From Candidatus Moraniibacteriota bacterium (GTDB taxonomy: Bacteria > Patescibacteriota > Minisyncoccia > Moranbacterales > UBA1568): DNA of 64,000 nt. The stretch spans positions 393,745 through 457,744 of the forward strand of contig JBAQEZ010000003.1 in assembly GCA_049287005.1 (NCBI GenBank), given 5' to 3'. Position 1 is the first letter of the stretch. Each line of letters starts with the position of its first letter. The translations under genes and the position numbers were made by a program. A model generated the notes under the pieces. It searched no databases, was not told where the DNA came from, and saw nothing but the letters and a program-made list of their open reading frames with translations. Of this stretch, positions 1 to 9,800 are shown piece by piece.

Positions 1-101
1 AGTAATTCTACGATGAACATATCGTGGAATGAACGGGCCTTTTTCTTTTGGTAAAAAAGCTAGTTGGCCTCGCTTAACGCGTTTTGTGGGGTTGACCACC
101 G

Positions 102-115
102 TCGTTCGCGAACGA
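102..115. promoter_or_regulatory. 14-bp perfect palindrome TCGTTCGCGAACGA directly upstream of a TTGACA(121-126)-N18-TATTAT(145-150) promoter for lexA; candidate LexA operator
   Basis: Palindrome and -35/-10 hexamers read directly from the sequence. The operator role is inferred from its position in front of lexA. Confidence 0.35.
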
Positions 116-180
116 TGCGGTTGACAAGTATTCTAGGGATGGTGTATTATTGCGTATGTAAGTAGATTAAACAAAAAATT

Positions 181-831
181 ATGGAAATCTTGACCCAGAA
201 GCAGAAAATTGTTTTGCAGGCGATCAAACAGTACTTCACCGAACACGGCGAGATGCCGACGGTGCGGGAAATCAAGAGCGAGACCGGCAAGCTCGGGCTC
301 AAACTGAAGAGTCTGCGCAGCTTCTTCCTCTATCTCAATGCCCTCGAGGATAAGGGCTACATCGAGCGCACCTCGGAGGATCGGGGGATACTGCTCAAAG
401 GCGTGAACGCGGATACGTTCATCCAGGTGCCGGTGTTCGGCGCCTCGAGCGCGGGAGCAGCGACGATGTTTGCCGATCAGTACATCGAGGGCTATATGCG
501 AGTGTCCAAACGCTTGGTCAAAGACAGGAATGTTTTTGCCGTGCAGGTTTCCGGGACATCGATGAACAAGGCGAAAGTGAATGGCAAGACGATCCAGAGC
601 GGAGATTTCATCCTCGTGGACGCGCAGACCAAAGAGTATCGGAACGGGGATCGCGTCCTGGTGGTGATCGATGGTCTGGCAACGGTCAAGACCTATCGCT
701 CGCTCGATGGCAAAATGATCGCCCTTCTTCCGGAATCGACGGACAAAGTGCACAAGCCGATTTTTCTCACGCCCGAAGACAACTTTGTCATCAACGGTAA
801 AGTGATCGACGTGCTCAAAATGCCGAAGTAA
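181..831 (+). CDS. lexA: LexA repressor (N-terminal wHTH plus C-terminal S24 peptidase with Ser in GTSM and a downstream catalytic Lys)
   Basis: 216-aa ORF. The Ala-Gly cleavage region (SSAGAAT), the S24 Ser motif VSGTSM and the KxYRN-G region are all visible. Confidence 0.85.
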   Translation: MEILTQKQKIVLQAIKQYFTEHGEMPTVREIKSETGKLGLKLKSLRSFFLYLNALEDKGYIERTSEDRGILLKGVNADTFIQVPVFGASSAGAATMFADQYIEGYMRVSKRLVKDRNVFAVQVSGTSMNKAKVNGKTIQSGDFILVDAQTKEYRNGDRVLVVIDGLATVKTYRSLDGKMIALLPESTDKVHKPIFLTPEDNFVINGKVIDVLKMPK

Positions 832-1071
832 CGAGGGGAAATATCCTCTTGGGAGAATGCCTCCGCTCGTCGTTCATTGAGCTTGTCTGAGAGTTTTAAA
901 AGAGTCAGCAGAGAGGGCGAGGGGCGGTGGCTCCAGAAAATGCTGCTGATACGGATCTTGCTTTATTTCAAAAACATGTTTTTTTCGGGTGTATACTGAA
1001 AGCGTAAGAAGAATCGGGTGCGCGGCAAGGTCGATGCGTGCGTATGAGTATTAAAAAAATAATGTAAACAT

Positions 1072-1287
1072 ATGAAATTACACATGGTTACCTTCATCCT
1101 CTTGGTAGCCGGGGGATTGAATTGGTTAGCAGTGGGGTTGTTCCAATGGGATTTGGGGGCTTTATTTGGCGGACAGGAGGCGCTCGTCTCACGCGTGGTG
1201 TATGTATTGGTCGGCGCTTCGGCCGTGTATGAGATCTTCACCCATAAGGCGAACTGCAGAGCGTGTTCGTCGACACCGTCGATGTAG
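1072..1287 (+). CDS. DUF378 family small membrane protein
   Basis: 71-aa ORF MKLHMVTFILLVAGGLNWLAVGLFQWDLGALFGG, typical of the DUF378 two-TM family. Confidence 0.65.
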   Translation: MKLHMVTFILLVAGGLNWLAVGLFQWDLGALFGGQEALVSRVVYVLVGASAVYEIFTHKANCRACSSTPSM

Positions 1288-1373
1288 CGTTGGTGTCTTG
1301 TCGTAGCGGAAATGCCCTCTTTGGGGCGTTTTCTTTTTCTCAGCGCGCGTCCGCTGTTGGCGGAGAAATGATG

Positions 1374-1407
1374 AAAGGCCTGAGCAGATGTTGCTACCAG
1401 GCCTTTC
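1374..1407. terminator. bidirectional stem-loop (gaaaggcctg..caggcctttc) between convergent genes
   Basis: 10-bp perfect inverted repeat seen in the sequence between the 1287 (+) and 1443 (-) gene ends. Confidence 0.45.
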
Positions 1408-1442
1408 AAAAAGTGGACAAGAGAGGAGGGAAACCGGTAGGG

Positions 1443-1868
1443 TTAGGTGAAGAACAGCTTTTTGCTGGCGTACGACACCAAGTAGTATTCCTCGGCGCCC
1501 TGTTTCTTGTAGAGTATGAAACGTTTTATTTTTTTTGGTTTTTCCTCGTAGCGGACTTCCGTACCGAGAACATCCCTGATGAATTGCTCGGCCTCTTTGC
1601 AAGAATACCCTCCGTTTTTTGCGATCAGGACGATCAGATCTTCCCGGGAACGGGAGCGTTTCCATATGCCGAAGCGGTACAGCGGATTCATTCCGGTAAA
1701 AAGCTTCCGGAATCGCTTGGCTCCGTTCATGCCGGCGACATCCAACTTGGTAGACGGAGCGAACCGAAAAAACATGGTTTGCAAACATTCTACGGAGCAT
1801 CCCTTTTGATCTGTCATCGCGATAGGAGGATTTGAAACTACCAACGTAAGCTTTGGACGGGTAGGCAT
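1443..1868 (-). CDS. hypothetical protein (141 aa, basic)
   Basis: Only coherent ORF in this interval. An AGGAG-like RBS lies 10 nt upstream of the ATG. No recognisable family. Confidence 0.4.
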   Translation of the reverse strand: MPTRPKLTLVVSNPPIAMTDQKGCSVECLQTMFFRFAPSTKLDVAGMNGAKRFRKLFTGMNPLYRFGIWKRSRSREDLIVLIAKNGGYSCKEAEQFIRDVLGTEVRYEEKPKKIKRFILYKKQGAEEYYLVSYASKKLFFT

Positions 1869-2044
1869 TCTCTCTTGCTCCTGTTAGAGGTTGTTAAGGT
1901 ATGACTCATATTATAGCACTAAATATGCGATACGTCAACCCCGCACTCATTTTTCTTAAAAAGATGATAGGAGTAGTCAATTCCGCTGTCACTTTGACGA
2001 AAGAGGGGATTTATGGCAGGCTGAAAGCAACAAAGTAAAAAACT

Positions 2045-2572
2045 ATGGCACATCTGACCACTCCTGAGCTCATCTTTCCGCTTGAACAATACCAGGTAAA
2101 CGGGGTGCCTTTCGGGAAACGTTCCGTCTATGAAGGTGTCTTGTGGGGCTTGCACCTCGGCGAAGACTGCGAGATGCCGGCTGGTACCGACGTGCGTGCC
2201 TGCGGCCGTGGCAAAGTCGTCTATGCCGCCCTCCATCCCGGATCCGAAGAAAAAGGCAACTGGGGGCATATCATCATCGTCCGCCACAAACACGCGAAGA
2301 CCCGCAGGGTGTTCTATTCGGTGTATGCTCACCTCGGAGCCTGCTTCAAGTGTATCGGCGATAAAGTGGAGCTGGGCGAACCGTTGGGATTCATCGGTGA
2401 AGGCAATACTGCCGAGAATGGGTTCTGGGAAGCTCATCTGCACTTCGCTATTTATACCGGTCCGTGGAAAGATGAGGTCTTGCCTGGGTATTGGAAGGAA
2501 GGGGAAAAACGCACGCGTCCGGAATGGTGGCAGAGCCCGAGCGAGTTCATCCGCGGCTACAAGAGTTTGTAG
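2045..2572 (+). CDS. M23 family metallopeptidase (peptidoglycan DD-endopeptidase-like), no signal peptide
   Basis: HxxxD (HLGEDC) and the HxH block (AHLHFAIY) typical of LytM/M23 peptidases. Confidence 0.8.
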   Translation: MAHLTTPELIFPLEQYQVNGVPFGKRSVYEGVLWGLHLGEDCEMPAGTDVRACGRGKVVYAALHPGSEEKGNWGHIIIVRHKHAKTRRVFYSVYAHLGACFKCIGDKVELGEPLGFIGEGNTAENGFWEAHLHFAIYTGPWKDEVLPGYWKEGEKRTRPEWWQSPSEFIRGYKSL

Positions 2573-2617
2573 CGGTATCGGCATTCATAGGAGGGGGATG
2601 TATTATAGAAAAGAAAA

Positions 2618-2652
2618 AGGCCTCAACGGCAATCCGGGGAGGCTGTTTTTTT
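2618..2652 (+). terminator. rho-independent terminator after the M23 peptidase gene (GC hairpin plus T7)
   Basis: ggcctc..gaggctg hairpin followed by ttttttt. Confidence 0.5.
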
Positions 2653-2765
2653 ATGTATTCTTTGAAGGGATCGGTCACAAATAAATTTCCTGACGGACAC
2701 TTTTCGCGATCCCCCTCGTGAATGAAACAGTTCGTTTGCTGAGCGGATCACTCACCGTGTTCGTG

Positions 2766-2839
2766 TGCGCTCGGAGGGGATCGAACCCCCGACCCTCTGG
2801 TTCGAAGCCAGATGCTCTAATCCACTGAGCTACGAGCGC
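2766..2839 (-). tRNA. tRNA-Arg (anticodon TCG)
   Basis: Cloverleaf folded by hand: acceptor GCGCTCG/CGAGCGC, anticodon loop CTTCGAA, T-loop TTCGATC. Confidence 0.85.
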
Positions 2840-2931
2840 GAATACAATACTCAACCTACTCTAAAAATCGCTCCACGTCAACAGCGGAATGGTGTATAAT
2901 AGGAGTACTTCTCATTTTTAATTTTTTTCAT

Positions 2932-3705
2932 ATGACAGAGGATCAAATGAAACAGATGAAGAGTGTAGCCATCGTTTTACTGGCGCTCTCAGCGGTCGTG
3001 TATGTCTATCAGTTCGGCCGCTCCGTCGATCAGACCTATCCAAACAAGACATTTACTGTCGATGGCGAGGCCAAGATGGAAACCGCCACCGATATCGCCA
3101 CGTTTACGGCCAGTGTCGTGACGGAGGGTGGGAAAAATGTAGCCGAGATCCAAAAGCAGAACGTGGAAAAGATGAATGCCATCAACGCTTTTTTGCAAGA
3201 ACAAGGGACAGAGAAGAAGGATCTGCAGACCAGCCAGTACACGCTCATCCCGCGTTACAGTTATGCCAACTGTAGCGGAGGAACTGTTTGTCCTCCGCCG
3301 GCTATTTCCGGCTATACGCTCACTCAGACCCTGACGGTCAAGGTACGCGACTTCGAATCGCTCGGTACTATTCTTTCCGGTATCGTGGAGAAGGGAGCGA
3401 ATACGGTTTCCGGCGTCAGTTTTACCGTAGATGATGATACGGACGCGAAACAGGCGGCGCGCACGGAGGCGATCGCGAAAGCAGAGAAGAAGGCAGAGGA
3501 GATTGCCAAGGCCGGGAACTTCCGTGTCGGGAAATTGATTTCCCTGTATGAAGACTCGGGTGTTCCTCAGGGAGATACTATCGGTTATGGTGGGATGGGA
3601 GGCGGTTCTGCAGCGGAAGTGAAAATGGCCGTACCGCCGGTAATCGAACCGGGAACGCAATCCGGTAAACTGCGAGTGAATCTGACGTACGAAATTTTGA
3701 ATTAA
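2932..3705 (+). CDS. SIMPL domain protein (DUF541, periplasmic immunogenic protein-like) with N-terminal TM anchor
   Basis: 257-aa ORF. The TQYTLIPRYSY...GYTLTQTLTVKV and C-terminal LTYEI motifs are characteristic of SIMPL. An extended -10 (TGTATAAT) lies upstream. Confidence 0.7.
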   Translation: MTEDQMKQMKSVAIVLLALSAVVYVYQFGRSVDQTYPNKTFTVDGEAKMETATDIATFTASVVTEGGKNVAEIQKQNVEKMNAINAFLQEQGTEKKDLQTSQYTLIPRYSYANCSGGTVCPPPAISGYTLTQTLTVKVRDFESLGTILSGIVEKGANTVSGVSFTVDDDTDAKQAARTEAIAKAEKKAEEIAKAGNFRVGKLISLYEDSGVPQGDTIGYGGMGGGSAAEVKMAVPPVIEPGTQSGKLRVNLTYEILN

Positions 3706-3782
3706 TCTTTCCCGGGATAAACGAAAAAACCTCCATACGTTGGAGGGTTTTTGTTGGGCAAAAATAAAAAAAGATCCACAGG

Positions 3783-3856
3783 GGTGACCACAGGGAATCG
3801 AACCCTGATTCATGGTACCACAAACCATTGTCCTACCATTGAACGATGGTCACCAC
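3783..3856 (-). tRNA. tRNA-His (anticodon GTG) with the extra 5' G(-1)
   Basis: Acceptor GGTGACC/GGTCACC with G-1, anticodon loop TTGTGGT. Confidence 0.85.
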
Positions 3857-3880
3857 TCTGGATCTTTTTTCGGTATTTGG

Positions 3881-3952
3881 TGCCCCGAGAGGGAATCGGA
3901 CCCCCATCAAGACCTTAGAAGAGTCCTGCTTTATCCATTAAGCTATCGGGGC
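3881..3952 (-). tRNA. tRNA-Arg (anticodon TCT)
   Basis: Acceptor GCCCCGA/TCGGGGC, anticodon loop CTTCTAA. The anticodon stem has two G-U pairs. Confidence 0.75.
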
Positions 3953-3977
3953 AAGGAACTCAAACATGCCGAGGATG

Positions 3978-4050
3978 TGGGCGCAGTAGGAATCGAACCT
4001 ACGACCGTTGGCTTAAGAGGCCACTGCTCTACCAACTGAGCTATGCGCCC
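3978..4050 (-). tRNA. tRNA-Lys (anticodon CTT)
   Basis: Acceptor GGGCGCA/TGCGCCC, anticodon loop CTCTTAA, T-loop TTCGATT. Confidence 0.8.
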
Positions 4051-4194
4051 ATGCAAACAAAAAGCGTTTTTTGTCAAAACAAAACGCACAGCCATCGTAA
4101 CAAAAAACAAGAGAAACGTCAATAAAAAAAAGAATCCCAGGGAACCCAAGCATGGGAAGCGCTTGTCGGGTTCTGATAGGATCAGCGGCCCCGG

Positions 4195-5481
4195 TTACGG
4201 GTGTATTTTCTTGTATGTAGCCCATTCTTTATCGGACCAGCCTTTCGGTTTGGTAGTCAGGACTGGCTCTTGTCCGGGATGCGGGAAGAGGCTGGGGGAT
4301 TTGTAATTGCTCCAGAAACTGTCATTGATGATGCTGGTACCGACAGCGTCGGTGACCAATTGGCTGAAGACGGTTTTCATGCTGCCATCGGGATTGCTCG
4401 CGAGGATATGCGGCCCATCCACCGTGACGGTCCGCCCATCTTTGGTTCCGTAGAAACGGAAAGTCAGCTCGGTGCCTTCGATTGTCGATTGCATCAGGAT
4501 AGCGCCGGGCGTGTTGTTGATGAAATCCATGTCCGGTTTGGGAATATAGACCGTCGCGTCCATACCGTAGGGGGTGTAGTAGCGCACGGGATAGGCGTGG
4601 TTGCGGCGCTGAGTGATCTTCATGCCGCTATAGATGGCAGCGCGGAAGACGGTGGTCGAAACCTGGCAGATGCCGCCACCGAATTCCGGCGTGGTCTGGT
4701 TGTTCTTGATGACCAGCTCTGGCAGATAGCCGTGTTCGCCGTCGACATCGCCGAGGTATTTCACGAAGGAAAATTCCTCGTTGGGAGCGATGATGATATT
4801 TTGGAATTGTTCCAGCGCGCGCTTGATATTGTAAATACGATTTTTGGGAGAGCCGGCGAAATTGGTATGCCCCTCCCCGATGAGCTCCTTCAATCCGAGG
4901 CGCTCGCGATCGCTCGCCACGAGTTTCGGCGCCGTGATTTCCGTTGGGAGGGATATTTTGATGCTTTCCGTGTCGGAATTTTCCAAGACACGCATGAGGA
5001 GGGCGCGGCTTTCTTCTTCTTTCAGTCGCCGGCCCATTTTTTCTGGTGTTGCCACGATGACTCGACCATCGGCAACGGCAAATCTCACATCCACCGGATC
5101 CTGGATTACTTTTTCAGCCAGATCCGCAACGAAGGTTTTGATCGCTTCTGTGTCGGGCGTACTGATGGCGGTCGTATGGAGATGGTGGAGAAAAGAACGG
5201 GAAAGAGAGAAGGCACAGAAAAGTTTGTCGGTGGGGCAGAAAGCGGGATCCTCGATCTCAGATCTGCTTATAGGGGAGTGCCCGATCCGCGTTTTCAGAT
5301 GCATAAAGCTCGAAATTCGGGGCGACGCAATGGTTTCAGCATAATCGCCCGCTTGGAGGACGATGGCGGCTGGAGTCATGGCGGATGCGCTGTGCGGCGA
5401 AAAAAGGGAACCACCAAAAACCACCATGATGAGTACTTGGGGAGCAAAAAGCTTGGAGAGGGAGAAGAAGGGTGTTTTCAT
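4195..5481 (-). CDS. VanW family protein (signal/TM anchor plus VanW domain)
   Basis: GGGICQVSTTVFRAAIYSG is the VanW signature. Start chosen at MKTPFF (the ORF extends to 5562). Confidence 0.8.
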   Translation of the reverse strand: MKTPFFSLSKLFAPQVLIMVVFGGSLFSPHSASAMTPAAIVLQAGDYAETIASPRISSFMHLKTRIGHSPISRSEIEDPAFCPTDKLFCAFSLSRSFLHHLHTTAISTPDTEAIKTFVADLAEKVIQDPVDVRFAVADGRVIVATPEKMGRRLKEEESRALLMRVLENSDTESIKISLPTEITAPKLVASDRERLGLKELIGEGHTNFAGSPKNRIYNIKRALEQFQNIIIAPNEEFSFVKYLGDVDGEHGYLPELVIKNNQTTPEFGGGICQVSTTVFRAAIYSGMKITQRRNHAYPVRYYTPYGMDATVYIPKPDMDFINNTPGAILMQSTIEGTELTFRFYGTKDGRTVTVDGPHILASNPDGSMKTVFSQLVTDAVGTSIINDSFWSNYKSPSLFPHPGQEPVLTTKPKGWSDKEWATYKKIHP

Positions 5482-5604
5482 GGAACAAGGGAGATATGGG
5501 AGATAAACTGCTGCGAGCGCATCTCTCGCTTCGTTTGTGCAGAAGAAAGCCGATTCCATCAAATCGGAATCGGCAATACAGGAGAATATTCCGCACAGGA
5601 TGGA

Positions 5605-6138
5605 TTAGAAGCCGCGCACCTGGATTTTCTTGGTCTTGGTCGTGTCGGCTTTGGGAAGGCGGATCGTGAGGATACCGTTTTTCAGCGACGCGTCCGCTTT
5701 TTCCGGCAGCACATCGACTGGCAGCAGGACGGAGCGGGAAAAGGATCCCCAGTAGCATTCCTGATAGTAGTAGTTTCCGTTCTCGACAATTTCTTCGTTT
5801 TTGCGCTCTCCTTTGACCGTGACCATATCGTTGTTGATCGACACATCGAGATCTTCCGGTTTGACACCGGCGATAGTGGATTTGATGACGATATCGTTTT
5901 CCGTCTGGTACACATCGATGGTGAGTTGTCCCTCGGCACCATCTTCGCTGGATTGGCTCTGCGCGGAAGCTTCCCAGGACTCTTCGTTTCGTGCCGCAAA
6001 AGCAGGAGAAGGTTCGCGCATCGAGATAGTCTCTTCTCTGTCTTCGTTATAGACCGGGACGGAATCGTTATAGCTGCCGCCTTCCATGTTTTTGGCACCG
6101 GTCAGACGTTCGAAAAAAGAGCTTTTTTGTTTTGTCAT
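5605..6138 (-). CDS. Hsp20/alpha-crystallin family small heat-shock protein
   Basis: ACD core (LTIDVYQTENDIVIK...GILTIRLPK), 177 aa. Confidence 0.85.
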   Translation of the reverse strand: MTKQKSSFFERLTGAKNMEGGSYNDSVPVYNEDREETISMREPSPAFAARNEESWEASAQSQSSEDGAEGQLTIDVYQTENDIVIKSTIAGVKPEDLDVSINNDMVTVKGERKNEEIVENGNYYYQECYWGSFSRSVLLPVDVLPEKADASLKNGILTIRLPKADTTKTKKIQVRGF

Positions 6139-6214
6139 AACAATAACCTTAACAAAGTTTAGATAATAATAGCACTTTCAGTATAGAGGATTTTGCGAAT
6201 GCTGACAAGTTCTG

Positions 6215-6730
6215 TTAGGCGGTCAGGAACAGGAGGATATTGTATACGAGATGGAGTGATACCGCGAGCGAGAGGAGCCGGAAGTTCCGTGAAGAAAATG
6301 TCTTGTCGGGTTCAGGGGAGGAGAAGAGGCAATACACGAAGAGTAGGCTGGTGCCGATGTGGAGGAAGAGTATTTTGAATATCGCAACAACAGGAAAGGC
6401 GGCGGTAGCTTGCGTAGAGAACGCGATTTCCAGCGAGGAGAACCCGATGCCGAAGAGCAGGGCCAAAAGAATGAAAATTGGAAACGCGTTTCTGCCGTTG
6501 CGAGGAGCATACGGTCGGTATCGGATCAGAAAAAGGAATTTCGAAAATTCTTCGATGAGAGCGAGGACGAGCAGCGTGATAAACGTCCGCAGCGAGAATA
6601 TGGTATCGAAAGCGAAGAATGGAAGAGTTGACGGGCTGGCAACGAACGGGATGCTGAGCGCCGCGAGCTCGAGGAGGAGCGCGAAACATCCGGCGAGCGC
6701 ACCGAAAATAATGATCGTGATGAATGGCAT
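6215..6730 (-). CDS. polytopic membrane protein, PrsW/CPBP-like intramembrane protease (putative)
   Basis: EExxK (EEFSK) and HxxxN (HLVYN) motifs in TM helices. Family assignment is tentative. Confidence 0.45.
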   Translation of the reverse strand: MPFITIIIFGALAGCFALLLELAALSIPFVASPSTLPFFAFDTIFSLRTFITLLVLALIEEFSKFLFLIRYRPYAPRNGRNAFPIFILLALLFGIGFSSLEIAFSTQATAAFPVVAIFKILFLHIGTSLLFVYCLFSSPEPDKTFSSRNFRLLSLAVSLHLVYNILLFLTA

Positions 6731-6818
6731 AGCGTTGAAATTTCTAATACCTGATATCTAATGTCAATGAATTACCAATCGATATCCCATCCAGCAGCCG
6801 TCGCTGGACGTTCCTTGT

Positions 6819-9800
6819 CTAGAGAAGAGAAGAGAGGTGCTGTTCGAGATTGGCGAGCTGTTTTTTCGCCTCTGCCAATTTCAGTTGTTCCGCCGCGACG
6901 ATGTCCGGCTTAGCACGCTCGATGAAATTCCGGTTTCCGAGTTTCGTTGCGAGAGAGGCGATGTAGGTCGTTTTTTCCTGTTTTTCTTTTGCGAAGCGCG
7001 CGCGTTCTTTTGCGATGTCGACAATACCTTCCAGATGCAGGAATATCTGCAGGAGACCCGCTTGGATGAGGAGAGTGTTTTTGGGAACATCGTTCGCGAC
7101 GGTTCGTACCTCGCCTACGCGCGCGAGGCGTTTGAAAACTTCTTCGTTATCACGGATGGTTTTTTCTGATCCCCCTCGGACGCTGACGATCATTTTTTGG
7201 ACGGGTTCGATATGGTAAGCGGCTCGGGTATTGCGGATGGCAGTGATAAGATTTTTGACGAGTTCGAATCTGTTTTCGTCCGCGATTTCTTGCGGCGTTG
7301 CGGGGAATGCCGGCCAATGTGAAACCATGAGAAATTCGCTCTCATCGAAATGGAACGTCTGATGGATGGCTTCGGTAACGAATGGCATGAACGGATGCCA
7401 GAGCTTGAGAATCGTATCGAAAGCCAGACGGAGCAGAGCATCATTTTTCTCAATCTTGTGGATTTCGACGTACCAGTCGGCGAAATCTCCCCAGGTGAAA
7501 TCGCGGAGTTCTTCGGTTGCGAGCGAGAGTTCATACCGTTCGAGATGGCGCGTGGTATCCCTGACGATGGTATGCAATTTTTGCATCAGGTATCTATCGG
7601 CGTCTGATGTTTCCTCAGGTTCCGCATCCGTTTTTTCGGACATGGTGCCGACATAGCGAGCGAGGTTCCAGAGTTTATTCGTGAAATTGCGCATCGCGAT
7701 GATTTTCTCACCGGAGAGCTTGAGGTCGTTGCCGGGAGTGTTACTGGAAACAAGCGCCATGCGGAGCGCATCAGCCCCGTGCTGCTGGGAAACCGTCAGC
7801 GGATCGATGACATTACCCAGGCTTTTCGACATCTTGCGCCCCTGTTCGTCACGGACGAGACCGTGGAGATAGACCGTATCGAACGGGTGCATGCCGAGGA
7901 GATATTCTGTCATGAGAATCATCCGCGCTACCCAGAAGAATAGGATGTCGTAGCCGGTTTCGAGAAGATTAGTCGGATGATAGGTGGTGAAATCCTCCGT
8001 GCCAGTGTCCGGCCAGCCGAGCGTCGAGAACGTCCACAGTCCGGAAGAGAACCAGGTGTCGAGCGTGTCAGTATCCTGCTCGAAGAGATCGTTTCCGCAG
8101 CGTGGGCAGGGAGCGCCAAGAATATCCAGCGAAATAAGTTGGGCGTTTTTGATACCTGGGCGGGTGACGGCGTCTAGCGGATCAAGATTCTTGATGTGTT
8201 TTATCAGCATGCGAATAGCGCCGCCATGGCTCACGATGACCACGTTTTTATTCTGATGCAGATTGCGGTGTTTGGCGAAAGCCTCGCGGAGACGCTCTTC
8301 GATGGCGCGGTATGTTTCGATGTCATTCCCTTCCGTATCGTATGCTCTGGAGTGAGGGAATTTTGCTTGCGTTTCTTCATACGTGAGCCCTTCTGCTTCG
8401 CCATAGTGCCGTTCTCGAAAGGCGGCGTCAAATTCAACTGGAGCTCCGGTGATTTCTGCGATAATCTGAGCCGTTTCCTGGCAGCGGCCTAGGTCAGAAC
8501 TGATAATCAAGGCGATATGCTGATCGCGGAGTTTTTCAGCTGTCTCCCGTACTTGCTTTTTGCCCTTTTCTGTCAGGGGAGTATTGCTATTACCTTGGGT
8601 GACGCGTTTGACATTGCCCTCCGTCTCTCCGTGGCGGACGACGAACCATTTTGACTGCACCGCCGCATTTATCTGCTCGGACTGGCATGAGAGGCAATAC
8701 CACACCGGGATGCGGTGACCGAACCAGATCTGACGGCTGATGCACCAGTCGCGGAGATTATCGATCCAATGGAAATACGTTCTCGAGAAACGCTCAGGGA
8801 GGATGGTAATGCTCTTGAACGTGACTGCTTCCTGCATAAGCGTCTTGAGTGTCACCTTGCGGCCATCCCGGTTGAATTCCTTGTTAACTGCGACGAACCA
8901 TTGTTTTTTTATTTGCGGTTCGATGATACCCTCGCCACGACTGTTGATCGCAATGTTGTGAATGTAGTTTTCTTCAATTTTGACAAGAAGCCCTTTCTCT
9001 TCCAGTTTTTTTACCATTTTTTTTCGAGCTTCAGCAATCGGCATTCCAGCGAATTCCCGGGCAATAGGGAGGAGCTTGCCATTTTCGTCGATGATCTGTT
9101 CTTTGTCGAGATGGTGGCGTTCGGCAATTTCGAAGTCAGTGTGGTCATGCCATGGAGTGATAGTCATTACCCCGGTGCCGAATTCACGGTCGATAGCGGC
9201 ATCCTTGATAACGGTTGCGGTGATAGGCCCATTGATCCACTCCACATCGATTTTTTGTCCATCGGAATACTCTTTATAGCGTTCATCTTCTGGATGCATC
9301 ACGACGTATTTGTCCCCGAATTTTGTCTCAGGACGTGCGGTAGAAATAACAAATGGGCCGTACTGCATGTAGTAAAAAGGAATCTTTTCTTCTTTCCATT
9401 CAATCTCATCATCAGAAACAGTCGTCTGAAGATTGGGATCCCAGTTCACGATACGATTGCCACGATAGATGAGACCGTCAGCGTACATCTTGTGGAACGC
9501 CGTACGGACGGCCAGACTCCGTTTGCCATCGAGCGTATAGGCTTCGCGCGACCAGTCGAGCGATGATCCCATCTTCTTGCATTGGTTCACGATGGTGTCG
9601 TGACTGTCCTGCGCGAATCGCTCGACGCGCGTGAGAAATGCCTCGCGGCCGAGGTCGTGACGTGTCTTGCCTTCTTCTTGGAGAAGCATCTTTTCCACCT
9701 TACTCTGCGTCGCGATGGCGGCGTGGTCGGTACCGGGAATCCAGAGCGTTCGATCGCCCTTCATCCGATGATAGCGGACAATCGCATCTTCGATGGCGAG

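Noticed and set aside
3812-4306. Small ORFs (75-87 aa) across the tRNA-His/Arg/Lys cluster
   Set aside because: They overlap three cleanly folding tRNA genes, so they are not protein-coding.
4201-6162. 653-aa ORF on the + strand
   Set aside because: Lies antisense to the VanW and Hsp20 genes, has Arg/Gly-rich shadow-ORF composition and no recognisable domains; the - strand genes have clear family signatures.
8715-9566. 283-aa ORF on the + strand inside valS
   Set aside because: Antisense to an intact valS reading frame.
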